A stretch of DNA of 64,000 bases from a virus: IMG/VR virus record IMGVR_UViG_3300009506_000013, positions 1-64,000 of that record. One strand, written 5' to 3'. Positions 9,734-19,491 of the stretch are shown piece after piece; the first letter of the stretch is position 1, and the number at the start of each line of letters is the position of its first letter. A program made the translations under genes and the position numbers. A model generated the notes under the pieces. The model saw nothing but the letters and a program-made list of their open reading frames with translations. It ran no database searches and had not been told where the DNA came from.

Positions 9734-10891
9734 TTACTTCTTTTTAGCTGGTGGCCGACGCGGTGGAGTCTTCTTACCGCCCGTTGCCGGCTTGGCTGGT
9801 GGTTTAGCTGGTGGCCTCTTCGGAGGAGTCTTGGCCGCAGGAGGTGCTGTCTTCCCTGCTGGCTTTGCCGGTGGCCGCTTCGGAGGAGGTGGCGGTGGAG
9901 GAGGATCAGTTGCGACTTCCGCCGCCCCATCACCATCCCACTCGCCCGCTCCGCCGCTATCACCACCCCACTCGCCGCCACCATCGCCGCCATCGAACGG
10001 AGGATCAGCCGGTTCAGTCTCGACAGTTTCCGTTCCGGCATTCTCCCAATCCTCTGCGCCGCCTCCAGCAGAAACCTCTTCCGTTCCCCCGAAGCCATCA
10101 TCTGCTCCAGCATAGGCAGCATCATCTACATACTCCCCGCCTTCACCCGCGCCTTCAGTATCGCCCCAGACCTCCATGTGATAGGCCTCATCATAGTTGC
10201 CCAAAGCCTTTCCCAAATCAGGAAGTTTGAAAGTTTGAATCCGCTTATCGGGCATGGGAACGCCGATCACAAAGTTGCCCTCTGGATCTTGATAATATGA
10301 ACCGTCTGGATTCTTTTTGATCTTTATTGGAAATTCGTTCCGGCTGGTAGAAAAGCCCTTCTGGATGTTAACGTCTTGGACGCCTCCACGGATGCTCCGT
10401 GGCTCTTTAATTATCAGCAAGTTGATTAGAAGCCCGTGCTCAAACTGGAACACGGATGCCCCATATTCATCTGGCTTCGAGAACAGGTTGATAAGCGCAG
10501 ACCAGGTACCACAGTTCTGGGTGTCCTTCGGCTCGAAGAGTTGAGGCCCCTTCGCCCGGTCATCCCAGTCAATAATGTACATGTACACTTTCCGCTTCCG
10601 GCTTGCGTCCCGAACAAACTGGATATCTGATTTGTCTTCGCTATGAGCAAGCTCCCCCAAGCGCTGACAGGTATAGCAGTCATCTTCCCCGCATACCAAC
10701 ACTTTCGTGCTGTCTCCGGCTGGGACATAATGAACGTGACCCTCTACCCAACAAGGGATGCTACCGGGCCATTCCAGTATTCGCAACCTTGCTTCTTGAC
10801 CGTTTGGTGGCTGATAAAAATCCTTCTTGCCGCGCTCCTGCTCTCCGGCCCGTTTGGATTCCTCAGCATAGTCCTGCAATGTTTTGGTCAA
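9734..10891 (-). CDS. single-stranded DNA-binding protein (T4 gp32-like) with acidic and Pro/Lys-rich tail
   Basis: RLRIL...HYV...C..C.C Zn site...YIID, next to the recombinase. Confidence 0.7.
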   Translation of the reverse strand: MTKTLQDYAEESKRAGEQERGKKDFYQPPNGQEARLRILEWPGSIPCWVEGHVHYVPAGDSTKVLVCGEDDCYTCQRLGELAHSEDKSDIQFVRDASRKRKVYMYIIDWDDRAKGPQLFEPKDTQNCGTWSALINLFSKPDEYGASVFQFEHGLLINLLIIKEPRSIRGGVQDVNIQKGFSTSRNEFPIKIKKNPDGSYYQDPEGNFVIGVPMPDKRIQTFKLPDLGKALGNYDEAYHMEVWGDTEGAGEGGEYVDDAAYAGADDGFGGTEEVSAGGGAEDWENAGTETVETEPADPPFDGGDGGGEWGGDSGGAGEWDGDGAAEVATDPPPPPPPPKRPPAKPAGKTAPPAAKTPPKRPPAKPPAKPATGGKKTPPRRPPAKKK

Positions 10892-11040
10892 TTCTCATTC
10901 TCCTTTCTTCTTTCCAAGATGATTTATGATCCTTGCGATGAAAGCCCCAAACCCCTTAGACAAAGAACGGGTTTGGAGCCAAAGAAGCAAGGCCATGAGT
11001 ATTACAACTGTACAGACGATAGCCAAATACCACATCATAT

Positions 11041-11580
11041 TCATGACCAGTCGTCACCTCCACTATTAGGTCTTCCGGTTCGTTTCGCAAAGCCCTTCTG
11101 TAGTGCCTTGGTAGCCTTCTCTGTCCGGCTTTCCATAGAACGGCTCGCACTCGCATTCTCCACACCCATCTCAGTTCGCCTTGTAGCCGATAAGCCAGAA
11201 AGCATCACAGCCCTCTGATCAAAAGCCCGCGCCGCCGCTGACAAAATTCCTTTGTCCCGCTTCGCATCAAGGATCTTTATATTAAGATCATTCCATTCTG
11301 CCCGTTGATGGATGGTTGCGGTGACGAGTGCTTCTGTTACCTTCTCCCCCATCTGTATTAACCTTGCCCTTGCCGGCTTATCGGCCTTGGCCTCGAATAT
11401 GGCTAGTTGGTGTTTGTAACGGTCCATCTCATCTTCCGCAAGCACGGCGGCAATAGCAAACTGACTATAGAGTGCCGCTTGCCTTGTCATTTCCATATCC
11501 AAATCTGGAGTGATCCGGAGTATATCCTTAATTGCTTCCAGCTCTGTAGTGACCTTTGGTCCTGATCTCTTCCCGGCCAT
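11041..11580 (-). CDS. UvsY-like recombination mediator
   Basis: All-helical, KVTEALV motif and C-terminal AFDQRAVML; clustered with the SSB and recombinase. Confidence 0.55.
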   Translation of the reverse strand: MAGKRSGPKVTTELEAIKDILRITPDLDMEMTRQAALYSQFAIAAVLAEDEMDRYKHQLAIFEAKADKPARARLIQMGEKVTEALVTATIHQRAEWNDLNIKILDAKRDKGILSAAARAFDQRAVMLSGLSATRRTEMGVENASASRSMESRTEKATKALQKGFAKRTGRPNSGGDDWS

Positions 11581-11596
11581 GGTTCCCTCCTTGTGG

Positions 11597-11615
11597 GTTC
11601 TCTTATATTACTTCC
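11597..11615 (-). promoter_or_regulatory. repeated putative phage promoter motif
   Basis: GGAAGTAATATAAGAGAAC, identical to 2210-2228. Confidence 0.55.
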
Positions 11616-11639
11616 CCAACCCCGGCGAATCATACCTAA

Positions 11640-14600
11640 TTATTTGTATAATTTTTTAACCATATCAGCAAAGACTTCCACCGCCCGGCAGAAGGCCTGA
11701 TTGGTCGATGCATCATACATCGTAGCAGCAGGGTGAAGACAATACACCACCCAGCAAGCATACTTAGGACTCCAAATCACCTTCCCGTTCAACTCAGTAA
11801 TTTTCGCCCCCTTTATAAAAAACTCAGCAGCCACTCCTCCAGCCGCCAACACTACCATAGGCCGAATCATCTTCAGCTCCTTATCTAACCAAATAGATGA
11901 ACACTTCTTTGGATATATGGCGCTAGGAATTTTGTTATTTGGCGGACGGCACTTCAATACATTGTTCACATGAACGCGTGTTCTCGGAATACCACCCCGG
12001 TTCAGTAGTTCATTCCAGATCTTTTTGCCCGACTTACCAATCAGCCCAATTCCTTTCTCATCTTCAGAGGCACCCGGTGATTCCGCCACAACCATCGCAT
12101 CATACAGCCCACGGCTTGGCCGCACCGGGGCAGTACAACCCTGCCGCAACTTACATTCTGTACACTCCAATACCTCATCATCAAACGGCCCACTCTCCTC
12201 CTCGCACCTATTACCTAGAGTAATGGCAGGAAGAAAGGCTTGGTTCACTTCTCCTATTAGCTCTTCCAAAAATAGGATCTTATGGGCCACGAGTTTCAAG
12301 TCCACTCCCCCTCTTTTATCTGGCGCAACCTTCGCCCGTATCAACACCCAGCAGTTCTCAGCAGTCTCGATTTTTTTCTTGACATCGGTATCGCTCACGC
12401 CATGAGTACACCTGTGATCAAAAGTAATCATCATCTGGTTCTGGCCATCGAAAAAGTTCCCATATGCTCCTCCCAAATCGCCGCCACCCCGCTTATCAGT
12501 AACATGGTCCCGATAGGAATACTTGATCTTGTCGATGCGCCCTATGAAATTGTGATCTCCTTTTATCTCCCGACGCAACACAGACCGAAGTGTGCTGATG
12601 GGAATTTTCTTCTTAATCCTCTTCACCAAGGCCGATATCTTATACAGCGGATCATCCGAAGGCCCAAAGTCCAACACATCCCCGACCAAGGCCAAGACTT
12701 CCTCTTTGCTATCCTTTGGATCCAGTACGCCGTTGCCGGCTAACACCTCATCAATATCCCGGCTACAAAGCACCCCAATACCCAACGAACGCAAGGCCCC
12801 ACTCAGTCCAAGGTTCTTCACCACCCTTTTATTGACGGTCTTTCTCGCCACATTCTCCAAGAAGCTATCCAATGAAGAGAAACAGCCCTTGGTGTTTACC
12901 TTCTTTCTGGCCTTGAGGATCTCTGCTCCAGACCGCTCTGAGATAGAAGTAATACTACTCAACCCGGCCCGTAGCACTCCCGGCTCCTCGATGGTCCATA
13001 TGTCGGCTGACTTGTTGATATCCGGCCATAGAACCTTGATCCCGTTCTTTCGGGCATCATCAACGTAGTCTGACTTGAACTCCGCTCTCGCATAGTTGAT
13101 AAGGGAACAATAGAACTCTGTCGGATAGTAGACTTTCAGCCACATGGTCCAGTAACCAATCTTTGTATACGCTACCGCATGGGACTTGTTAAAGCCATAG
13201 GAACCAAAGAACACCATCTTATCAAACACAGCGCTGGCCTCATCTTCGCTCATAGTCTTCAGCTTCCGACACCCATCCATGAACTCCTTTTTGAACCCGG
13301 CTATTTTTTCTGTCCCTTCGCTCTTGGATATCGCCTTCCGGATTGTATCCACCGTTCGCCAACCGATACCGGCGCCATGGTAGAGTACCTGCATAATCTG
13401 CTCCTGGTAAAGCATGATGCCGAATGTATCCTTGGTGATCTTATCGTAAAAGCCTGAGACTGGAGTGACCTGCTTCCGCTTGTTCTTGATCTCCTTAAAT
13501 TCGTTTGTCATACCTGATTTTAGTGTGCCCGGCCTCCACAATGCATTTATATCAACCAAGTCTTTAAAGCTATTCACTCCGATCTCCCGGCAGAAAACAC
13601 CAAGCCCTGCCGTACCGAACTGGAACACCCCAACGGTATTCCCCCGGCTAAATTGCTCCAGAACTTTCTCATCATCCAGCCGGATCTTATCATAATCAAT
13701 CTTTACTCCCGGCCAGTTATACTCGATCAGCTCCTTTGCCCGGTTGAGAACAGTCAGCGTCGATAGCCCAAGGATATCCAGCTTCATTAACCCCCAGTCA
13801 TCAATATCCTTCTTGTCCCAGTTGATTGTCCGCACCCCATCCTTCGCATTGATAACAACACATCGTTCACCATCATACAATGGAGTCTTTGATATTACTA
13901 CACCAGCGGCATGGACGCCGCCCTGCCGGCAGATACCCTCCAAAGACTTTGCTACACTCACTACACGTGGATATTTTTTCGCAAATTCCTTACACTCTTG
14001 GAATGTAGTAAACGCATCCTCAATGGAGTAGTCTTCCCGCGCATCTCCTCCGCTCCGCTTGATGATGGCTTTGGCCGCCCGCCCAACCTCCTCATTAGAA
14101 ACGTTGAAAACTCTCGCGACATCCCGAAGAGTCTGCCGCCCGTGCATCTCGTTGAACGTCTTGATCTGAAGCACGTTCTTGTCTCCATATTCCTTCCGGA
14201 AGTAACTGATCACTTCATCGCGGCGGTCATCTTGGAAATCAACATCGATGTCAGGATAGTCAATGCGGCCCGGACTAATAAACCTTTCAAAGTTCAGGTT
14301 ATACTCCAACGGGTCAACATCCGTTATCTCCAAACAATAGGCCAGCAAGCTCCCCCCAACCGAACCACGGCCCGGTCCAACCATTATACCATTCTCCCGA
14401 CACCACCAGATAACATCCGTCAGCACAAGGAAGTACGCCGCAAAGCCCAGCGAGCATACCTGACCAATCTCATGTTCTAGCCGCGCCCGGTAGTCTTTCT
14501 TTCCGGCCAATCCTTTCTTCTTCAACCCAATCCAAGCCAGCTCATACACCAGTTTCTCAGCCCTCTTCTTCAGCCCAGCAAAGCGGGAAGGCATCGGCAG

Positions 14601-15428
14601 GTTCACATCAATCTTTTCCATATCAAAATTACATTTCTCCACCACCCGCTCTGTATTCGCCATCATCCATTGGGCATGCTTCGGGTTACACTTCGCCTCC
14701 ACGAGCGCATCATACATCTCCTTATCCGTCCGCAGCCAAAGATCCTTTACATCAAACCGCATCCGGTCCTTATCATCCCAACGCCGGTGACTGCCTACTG
14801 CGAGCGCCACCTCATGGGCGATGTGCTCCCCCTTATATATGTAGTGAACATCGTTGGTGACTATAATGGGGATGCGGGACTTGACATGAAGCTCTAATGC
14901 GCGGGTGTAGATTTCAGCTTGCGGCTTCCAATATAAGTATGGCTGTGTCTCGAAGTAAAAATCATTTCCCAGCTTCTTATACAGCCATTTACATACCTTC
15001 TCATATTCAGGATGCGATAGAAGGCCGGAGGTACATGCTGTCGATACCACAACATCCTCCAGGTTCCCCAGCTGATCCAAGGTTACACAAGGCCGATAGT
15101 AGAACTGATCTTGGTTCGCGACTGTTAGCGCGGCCATCATACTCTTCAACCCCGCATAACTCTTCGCCAACACCAAGGCATGATACCGCTTCAGCCCCTT
15201 CTCCTTTTTAAACTTCTCAACCACGTACATCTCGCAACCGACAATTGGTTTGATACCATTCTTCTTGCATTCCTTGTAAAATTTAACCGCTCCGTCAACA
15301 TTACCGTGGTTGGTCTGGGCCAAAGCCTTGAACCCAAGCTCTTTCGCTCTCTTCACCAAGTCTGGAGTCTTACAGATCCCATCCAAGGTGCTATAGTGAT
15401 CGTGTACATGTAGGTGTGTAAATTTCAT
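11640..15428 (-). CDS. dnaE: DNA polymerase III alpha subunit fused to a C-terminal family-4 uracil-DNA glycosylase-like domain
   Basis: PHP domain (HLHVH...STLDG), GPGRGS, PDIDVDF, KLDILGL, FNKSHA; C-terminal C..C..R, AESPG..ED..G...G.SG, KCRPPNN, HPA. Confidence 0.93.
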   Translation of the reverse strand: MKFTHLHVHDHYSTLDGICKTPDLVKRAKELGFKALAQTNHGNVDGAVKFYKECKKNGIKPIVGCEMYVVEKFKKEKGLKRYHALVLAKSYAGLKSMMAALTVANQDQFYYRPCVTLDQLGNLEDVVVSTACTSGLLSHPEYEKVCKWLYKKLGNDFYFETQPYLYWKPQAEIYTRALELHVKSRIPIIVTNDVHYIYKGEHIAHEVALAVGSHRRWDDKDRMRFDVKDLWLRTDKEMYDALVEAKCNPKHAQWMMANTERVVEKCNFDMEKIDVNLPMPSRFAGLKKRAEKLVYELAWIGLKKKGLAGKKDYRARLEHEIGQVCSLGFAAYFLVLTDVIWWCRENGIMVGPGRGSVGGSLLAYCLEITDVDPLEYNLNFERFISPGRIDYPDIDVDFQDDRRDEVISYFRKEYGDKNVLQIKTFNEMHGRQTLRDVARVFNVSNEEVGRAAKAIIKRSGGDAREDYSIEDAFTTFQECKEFAKKYPRVVSVAKSLEGICRQGGVHAAGVVISKTPLYDGERCVVINAKDGVRTINWDKKDIDDWGLMKLDILGLSTLTVLNRAKELIEYNWPGVKIDYDKIRLDDEKVLEQFSRGNTVGVFQFGTAGLGVFCREIGVNSFKDLVDINALWRPGTLKSGMTNEFKEIKNKRKQVTPVSGFYDKITKDTFGIMLYQEQIMQVLYHGAGIGWRTVDTIRKAISKSEGTEKIAGFKKEFMDGCRKLKTMSEDEASAVFDKMVFFGSYGFNKSHAVAYTKIGYWTMWLKVYYPTEFYCSLINYARAEFKSDYVDDARKNGIKVLWPDINKSADIWTIEEPGVLRAGLSSITSISERSGAEILKARKKVNTKGCFSSLDSFLENVARKTVNKRVVKNLGLSGALRSLGIGVLCSRDIDEVLAGNGVLDPKDSKEEVLALVGDVLDFGPSDDPLYKISALVKRIKKKIPISTLRSVLRREIKGDHNFIGRIDKIKYSYRDHVTDKRGGGDLGGAYGNFFDGQNQMMITFDHRCTHGVSDTDVKKKIETAENCWVLIRAKVAPDKRGGVDLKLVAHKILFLEELIGEVNQAFLPAITLGNRCEEESGPFDDEVLECTECKLRQGCTAPVRPSRGLYDAMVVAESPGASEDEKGIGLIGKSGKKIWNELLNRGGIPRTRVHVNNVLKCRPPNNKIPSAIYPKKCSSIWLDKELKMIRPMVVLAAGGVAAEFFIKGAKITELNGKVIWSPKYACWVVYCLHPAATMYDASTNQAFCRAVEVFADMVKKLYK

Positions 15429-15718
15429 TCACAGCCTTCCTTCTTTAGGATTTTGGTTACAGTCATGTTTGCATAGTTCGACAGATCTCTCAAGGTATCC
15501 ACGAGACCATCCACCAACATGGGATCAATACTCTCCACAGTCCCTTCCTTCATCAAGGCCCTCAGCCTTTCAAACTTCCTACGGATATCATAATAGCTTG
15601 CCTTGATGTCGATCTTGTAGAAGCTCCCATCATACATCACATTCTTTTCCGCATACAGCTTCCGGCAAGCTTCTTGCTCTTCTATAAAGGCCCGTTTCTG
15701 CTGTTCGATTTTGATCAT
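15425..15718 (-). CDS. nucleotide-modification-associated domain protein (DUF1599/Nmad1-like)
   Basis: KN..YD.SF...RKFERL...DTLRDLSNYA pattern. Confidence 0.7.
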   Translation of the reverse strand: MIKIEQQKRAFIEEQEACRKLYAEKNVMYDGSFYKIDIKASYYDIRRKFERLRALMKEGTVESIDPMLVDGLVDTLRDLSNYANMTVTKILKKEGCE

Positions 15719-16401
15719 TACTTTCCCCCAGTTATCTCGTAGTTTGCCCCGTTAATAAACTCTGCATCATCGCTGAGCAAGAACAAACAAACCTTCGCCA
15801 CCTCCTCCGGTTTCGCCGGTCTTCCCATTGGGATCTGCTTGTTCATGGTTTCTTCGGCATAGTCATGGACCCATCCCCGCTCCCGGTCTAACCACTCGTA
15901 CACACCGCTCAGCATTTGGGTCCGCTCCACCTGCGTAGGGCTCACGCAATTAATCCTCCAGCCCTTCTCAGCCAGCTCGCGGGCCATACACCGGGTCATT
16001 TGGACCAGTGCCGCTTTCGAGGCACAATACATACTGGAAGCCCGCATCGCAACCTTCGCCGCATCCGAAGCAAGGAACACCACACGGAAAGGCTCCACCT
16101 TCATCCGGACCGCAATATTGATCGCATTATACGGTGCCCAAACATTGGTCTCATACATATCCAAACCCTGATAGGATGGAGTCTTCCCGATCCAGCTGAG
16201 CGCATTTACTCCTGCCGCATATATCAGCCCGCCAATTGGCCCTGTCCTTTTAAGCTTGTACAAGTCTTCCCAGTCCGCGCCGTTTCGGGCATCGAACGCC
16301 GGCAACCCGTACAGCTCAGATTGTATCCCCCTCTCGCGACAAAGCGCAGAACAAGCCTGACCAATACCGCCCGTCCCGATTATGACCACTTTCCCCTTCA
16401 T
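15718..16401 (-). CDS. short-chain dehydrogenase/reductase (SDR)
   Basis: GTGGIG, YCASK catalytic motif, RINCVSP, PMGR...EEVA. Confidence 0.88.
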   Translation of the reverse strand: MKGKVVIIGTGGIGQACSALCRERGIQSELYGLPAFDARNGADWEDLYKLKRTGPIGGLIYAAGVNALSWIGKTPSYQGLDMYETNVWAPYNAINIAVRMKVEPFRVVFLASDAAKVAMRASSMYCASKAALVQMTRCMARELAEKGWRINCVSPTQVERTQMLSGVYEWLDRERGWVHDYAEETMNKQIPMGRPAKPEEVAKVCLFLLSDDAEFINGANYEITGGK

Positions 16402-16402
16402 A

Positions 16403-16792
16403 TTATCTCCTCTCCCACCACGGCCTTATTTCACTATAGACAAGTTGGTTTAAGGTATCGTCCCAATCTCCCTCGAACCGCACCGCCTTATCATCTACAT
16501 ATACATCCGCATGCGGCTTTCCAGGGTTCATAGGATTGTTGTATGTTTCGTGGTGCTGATTAATTTCATCGAATAGAATATTGTGTTCAATAAGCCAATC
16601 TGCTATCAGTTCCACTTCGGCCCTTGTGGTATAGATGATCACAACCCATCCAGCATCTTTCAAATATCGTAAGGCCTCAGCCGCCCCAGCCACCGGGCCA
16701 TTAAAGACTCCCGGCCCCTTAAAGCCATCATACTCGTGGATCACGCCATCGAAGTCTATACAAACAACCATTCTACCTTTTGAATCTGGCAT
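16403..16792 (-). CDS. HAD-family phosphatase / nucleotidase
   Basis: DFDGV, YTTR, KPHADVYVDD. Confidence 0.85.
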   Translation of the reverse strand: MPDSKGRMVVCIDFDGVIHEYDGFKGPGVFNGPVAGAAEALRYLKDAGWVVIIYTTRAEVELIADWLIEHNILFDEINQHHETYNNPMNPGKPHADVYVDDKAVRFEGDWDDTLNQLVYSEIRPWWERR

Positions 16793-16802
16793 TGCTCCTC
16801 CT

Positions 16803-16830
16803 AAAAGGAAAAGGCCCCGCTTGGGGCCTC
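16803..16830 (-). terminator. rho-independent terminator-like hairpin
   Basis: AGGCCCC-AAGC-GGGGCCT followed by TTTCCTTTT. Confidence 0.65.
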
Positions 16831-16838
16831 TCCCGACT

Positions 16839-17699
16839 CTACATAGTTTTGCCGTCTTTCGCGACAGGGTTGGCTTCGTGAGTGGTCTCCTCCCATATCG
16901 CCTTTATCTCATCCCGTGTCCGCGTACCAACAGCCGCAAACCCTCCAAATGATTCGCCTGTATCTGGATTGAATACATACTGCTGGATGGGGCAAGCCTT
17001 ATATCGCGGGAAGCAACAAGTACCCTGATTGACGCAATAGACTTCGATCCAGCCTCTGGTCCACGGATGGACCTTGTAGACTTCTGCCCGCATTCGGCGG
17101 AACACCTGCTGATATTCGCCTTGTGCGCGAGTACACAGCCTCACCTGAGCCATATCGCTCAACACCCGCAAGCTGATCTTGGCCACAATACTGGTAGTGA
17201 TCCCGTTTGATAGAGCAGAGCGGGCATCCTGATAATTCTCTCCGAATGATAACAGATCCAGATATGTGCGTTCATTCACAGCATAAACATCCTCGTAAAA
17301 ACCAGGTCGCTTCGCTCCTGCCGGGATGCTGTAGCCGTTGCCTGATGCGTCGATGGTCCTTTGGGCCTCTTGTGCGAAAGAAGCCACCGCTGCGTTTGCC
17401 TCCGGAGCGCCAAAGGCCGGATCATCCACCCCGGCCATAGTCCGCGTCCGGACAAATTGGTGTGTGAATACCCGACTGACGTTGGAGAGAAGGAATACAT
17501 AATCACAGAACTCCCAACTGCTCTTTATAGTATCCCGCATATAAGCCAGCTCTTCCAGTTTCTTTTCGTGGGGCCACGCGGCGATATCTGCCATAGTGCG
17601 CTCCCCCTTGAGCCTTGTCGCCTTGGTAAACAACAATAGGTCCAAAGCCCTTGGATTAAAGTCAATGATCTCTACTTTCGGCTGTACTATTCGTACCAT
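16839..17699 (-). CDS. thyX: flavin-dependent thymidylate synthase (ThyX)-like protein
   Basis: SSWEF, VSRVFTHQFVRTR, QDAR, R.CTRAQGE; the RHR motif reads RTR. Confidence 0.8.
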   Translation of the reverse strand: MVRIVQPKVEIIDFNPRALDLLLFTKATRLKGERTMADIAAWPHEKKLEELAYMRDTIKSSWEFCDYVFLLSNVSRVFTHQFVRTRTMAGVDDPAFGAPEANAAVASFAQEAQRTIDASGNGYSIPAGAKRPGFYEDVYAVNERTYLDLLSFGENYQDARSALSNGITTSIVAKISLRVLSDMAQVRLCTRAQGEYQQVFRRMRAEVYKVHPWTRGWIEVYCVNQGTCCFPRYKACPIQQYVFNPDTGESFGGFAAVGTRTRDEIKAIWEETTHEANPVAKDGKTM

Positions 17700-17710
17700 A
17701 CATCTTCTCC

Positions 17711-18670
17711 TTATAGGTTCCCCAACCGCATGTCATAGTTGGACTGATTAATTAGTCTTCGAATCTGGAGTGCGTCATCGTACACATCGTCCAGCAGTAT
17801 ATTCCTCCAGACACTATACCTTCCCAATGAATATATATTATATTCCGCCGATAAGTCATATATGATTTTTTTCCGGAAGTCTTCTGTTATCGGCCTTATC
17901 TTTCCGGCTTGTTCTGTAACTAACCAATTGCCCCTTTGAATAAACCGGGACATCCCCAAAGCCTCCATTACATAAGCATAGTCGCTGGAATCCGGCTTCT
18001 CTATAAACTCCGCAATCACCTGGCTGCCTACGATGGAAACTCTATACGGACAACGGCCTGAATCCGGAAAGTACATAGTCTGATGAACGTCGCAATTCTC
18101 CAAGGCTACACGGGCAACCCAGATTTTCTTGATCCCGAACTTAGGAAGAGCAATAGAAGGCCAAACCATCCTCGCATTAACTGACATCGGAAGAGTAGAT
18201 ACAACTGGCTCATCTCCCCGCTCTACTTCTATCAGCTCATCAGCACACTCAGTAGAGGAAGTCAATATTGTATCCCGGCTAATAGCTTTCACAGGGGAAT
18301 CAAATTGTATCCGGCTCTTACACCGTTCCAACAGAGTGGCGTGAAAATTCTCCGGCGCAATATACCGCTCACAGTCCCCCAGATCGCCAATAGAGCGGTC
18401 ATAGTATCCGCCCGTCACCTTCCGCGAATACATGTTCAAAAATTGTATAGTTGGTTGACGGTATTCCTTTTCTTTATAGAAGATGGATTTGCGGACACGG
18501 ACCTTCTTAAATTCCATCCCACATATCCGCGCAATCTTATCGCTCCGGAAACGGAGCAAGGCCTTATGTAGCGGAATATCCTCCAGCGTTGCGGCCCGCT
18601 CAAAGACTATCGCATCCCCATTCAATATCGCCGCAATACACCCTGCCATTCCTGCACCTAGTATATACAT
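17711..18670 (-). CDS. FAD/NAD-binding oxidoreductase
   Basis: N-terminal ILGAGMAG Rossmann motif, STLP, C-terminal SLGRY..W. Confidence 0.8.
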   Translation of the reverse strand: MYILGAGMAGCIAAILNGDAIVFERAATLEDIPLHKALLRFRSDKIARICGMEFKKVRVRKSIFYKEKEYRQPTIQFLNMYSRKVTGGYYDRSIGDLGDCERYIAPENFHATLLERCKSRIQFDSPVKAISRDTILTSSTECADELIEVERGDEPVVSTLPMSVNARMVWPSIALPKFGIKKIWVARVALENCDVHQTMYFPDSGRCPYRVSIVGSQVIAEFIEKPDSSDYAYVMEALGMSRFIQRGNWLVTEQAGKIRPITEDFRKKIIYDLSAEYNIYSLGRYSVWRNILLDDVYDDALQIRRLINQSNYDMRLGNL

Positions 18671-18740
18671 GCCGCCTCCAGACTAAACAAGGTGCCTAAA
18701 CCGCAAGCACCTTGTTTAGTCATTTGTGGTTTAGGATCTT

Positions 18741-19448
18741 TTATTTCGTGGCGCTGTACACGATCCCTTTGTCGGTCGATTCAGCAGTGATCACACCAGC
18801 GGCCTTCAACAGCTTGGCAGCAGCACCAATTCGGGCCGGATAATTCGAAGACTCCACGCCACTCTTTTCCAGCAGGGCGATAGCCTCATCTTGCTTAATC
18901 GACTTCCTCTTCACCAAAATGCTACAGGCAATCTCCAAACTACTGCCTTTCCGGAAGCGGACACCTTCAGCAAACTCGACATAATCCCCTGCGGGAGCTT
19001 TGGCGGTTTCGGCCTTCTTGACTGCCGGCTGTTTGGCGGCTTTCCCGGCCTTCTTGGTTTTGGGTTCCGGTTGAGTGGCGGCGGTGGTTGTTGCGGCTTT
19101 CTTGCCCTTCTTGCCCTTGGATGCGGGCGGTGTTGCTTTGGCTTCTTTTTCTTTCTCAGCCATTACTTCCTCCTTTTTGGGTTTGTATTTGACCGGGTTT
19201 TTCGACCAGCCCTTACAGGCCTTATGGCTGCTACACTCCTTACAGGCAGGATCATCAGCCAAGCTCTTCCCTGCGTCAGTTTGTTTCCCGAAACAGCTTT
19301 CTGGATCCTTCGCAAATGCCTTCGCGCATTGGATACATACCAGCTGATCCGGCTCGTTTGTCTCCAACGCCAGATTGTTCTTTATAGAAGAAGGAATCTG
19401 GAGTTGGCGACCGCAATAGATACAAGCAACTTCCTTTTCTTTTGTCAT
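18741..19448 (-). CDS. Cys-rich N-terminus, Lys/Ala-rich linker and probable DNA-binding C-terminal domain
   Basis: 235 aa ORF; an internal AAGGAGG RBS before MAEKEK suggests a possible second start. Confidence 0.65.
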   Translation of the reverse strand: MTKEKEVACIYCGRQLQIPSSIKNNLALETNEPDQLVCIQCAKAFAKDPESCFGKQTDAGKSLADDPACKECSSHKACKGWSKNPVKYKPKKEEVMAEKEKEAKATPPASKGKKGKKAATTTAATQPEPKTKKAGKAAKQPAVKKAETAKAPAGDYVEFAEGVRFRKGSSLEIACSILVKRKSIKQDEAIALLEKSGVESSNYPARIGAAAKLLKAAGVITAESTDKGIVYSATK

Positions 19449-19450
19449 GA

Positions 19451-19463
19451 TTATATTACTTCC
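19451..19463 (-). promoter_or_regulatory. core of the repeated promoter-like motif GGAAGTAATATAA
   Basis: Shared with 2210-2228 and 11597-11615; ends 2 nt before the ATG at 19448. Confidence 0.45.
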
Positions 19464-19491
19464 CCCTTGTCGAATATTTGACCAAAAAAAA

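Noticed and set aside
9639-10300. Alternative-frame ORFs over the Pro/Gly-rich SSB tail (9709-10125 minus, several plus)
   Set aside because: Shadow frames of a low-complexity GC-rich coding region
10956-11165. 69 aa minus-strand ORF
   Set aside because: Largely overlaps the UvsY-like gene in another frame, with no RBS or recognisable motif
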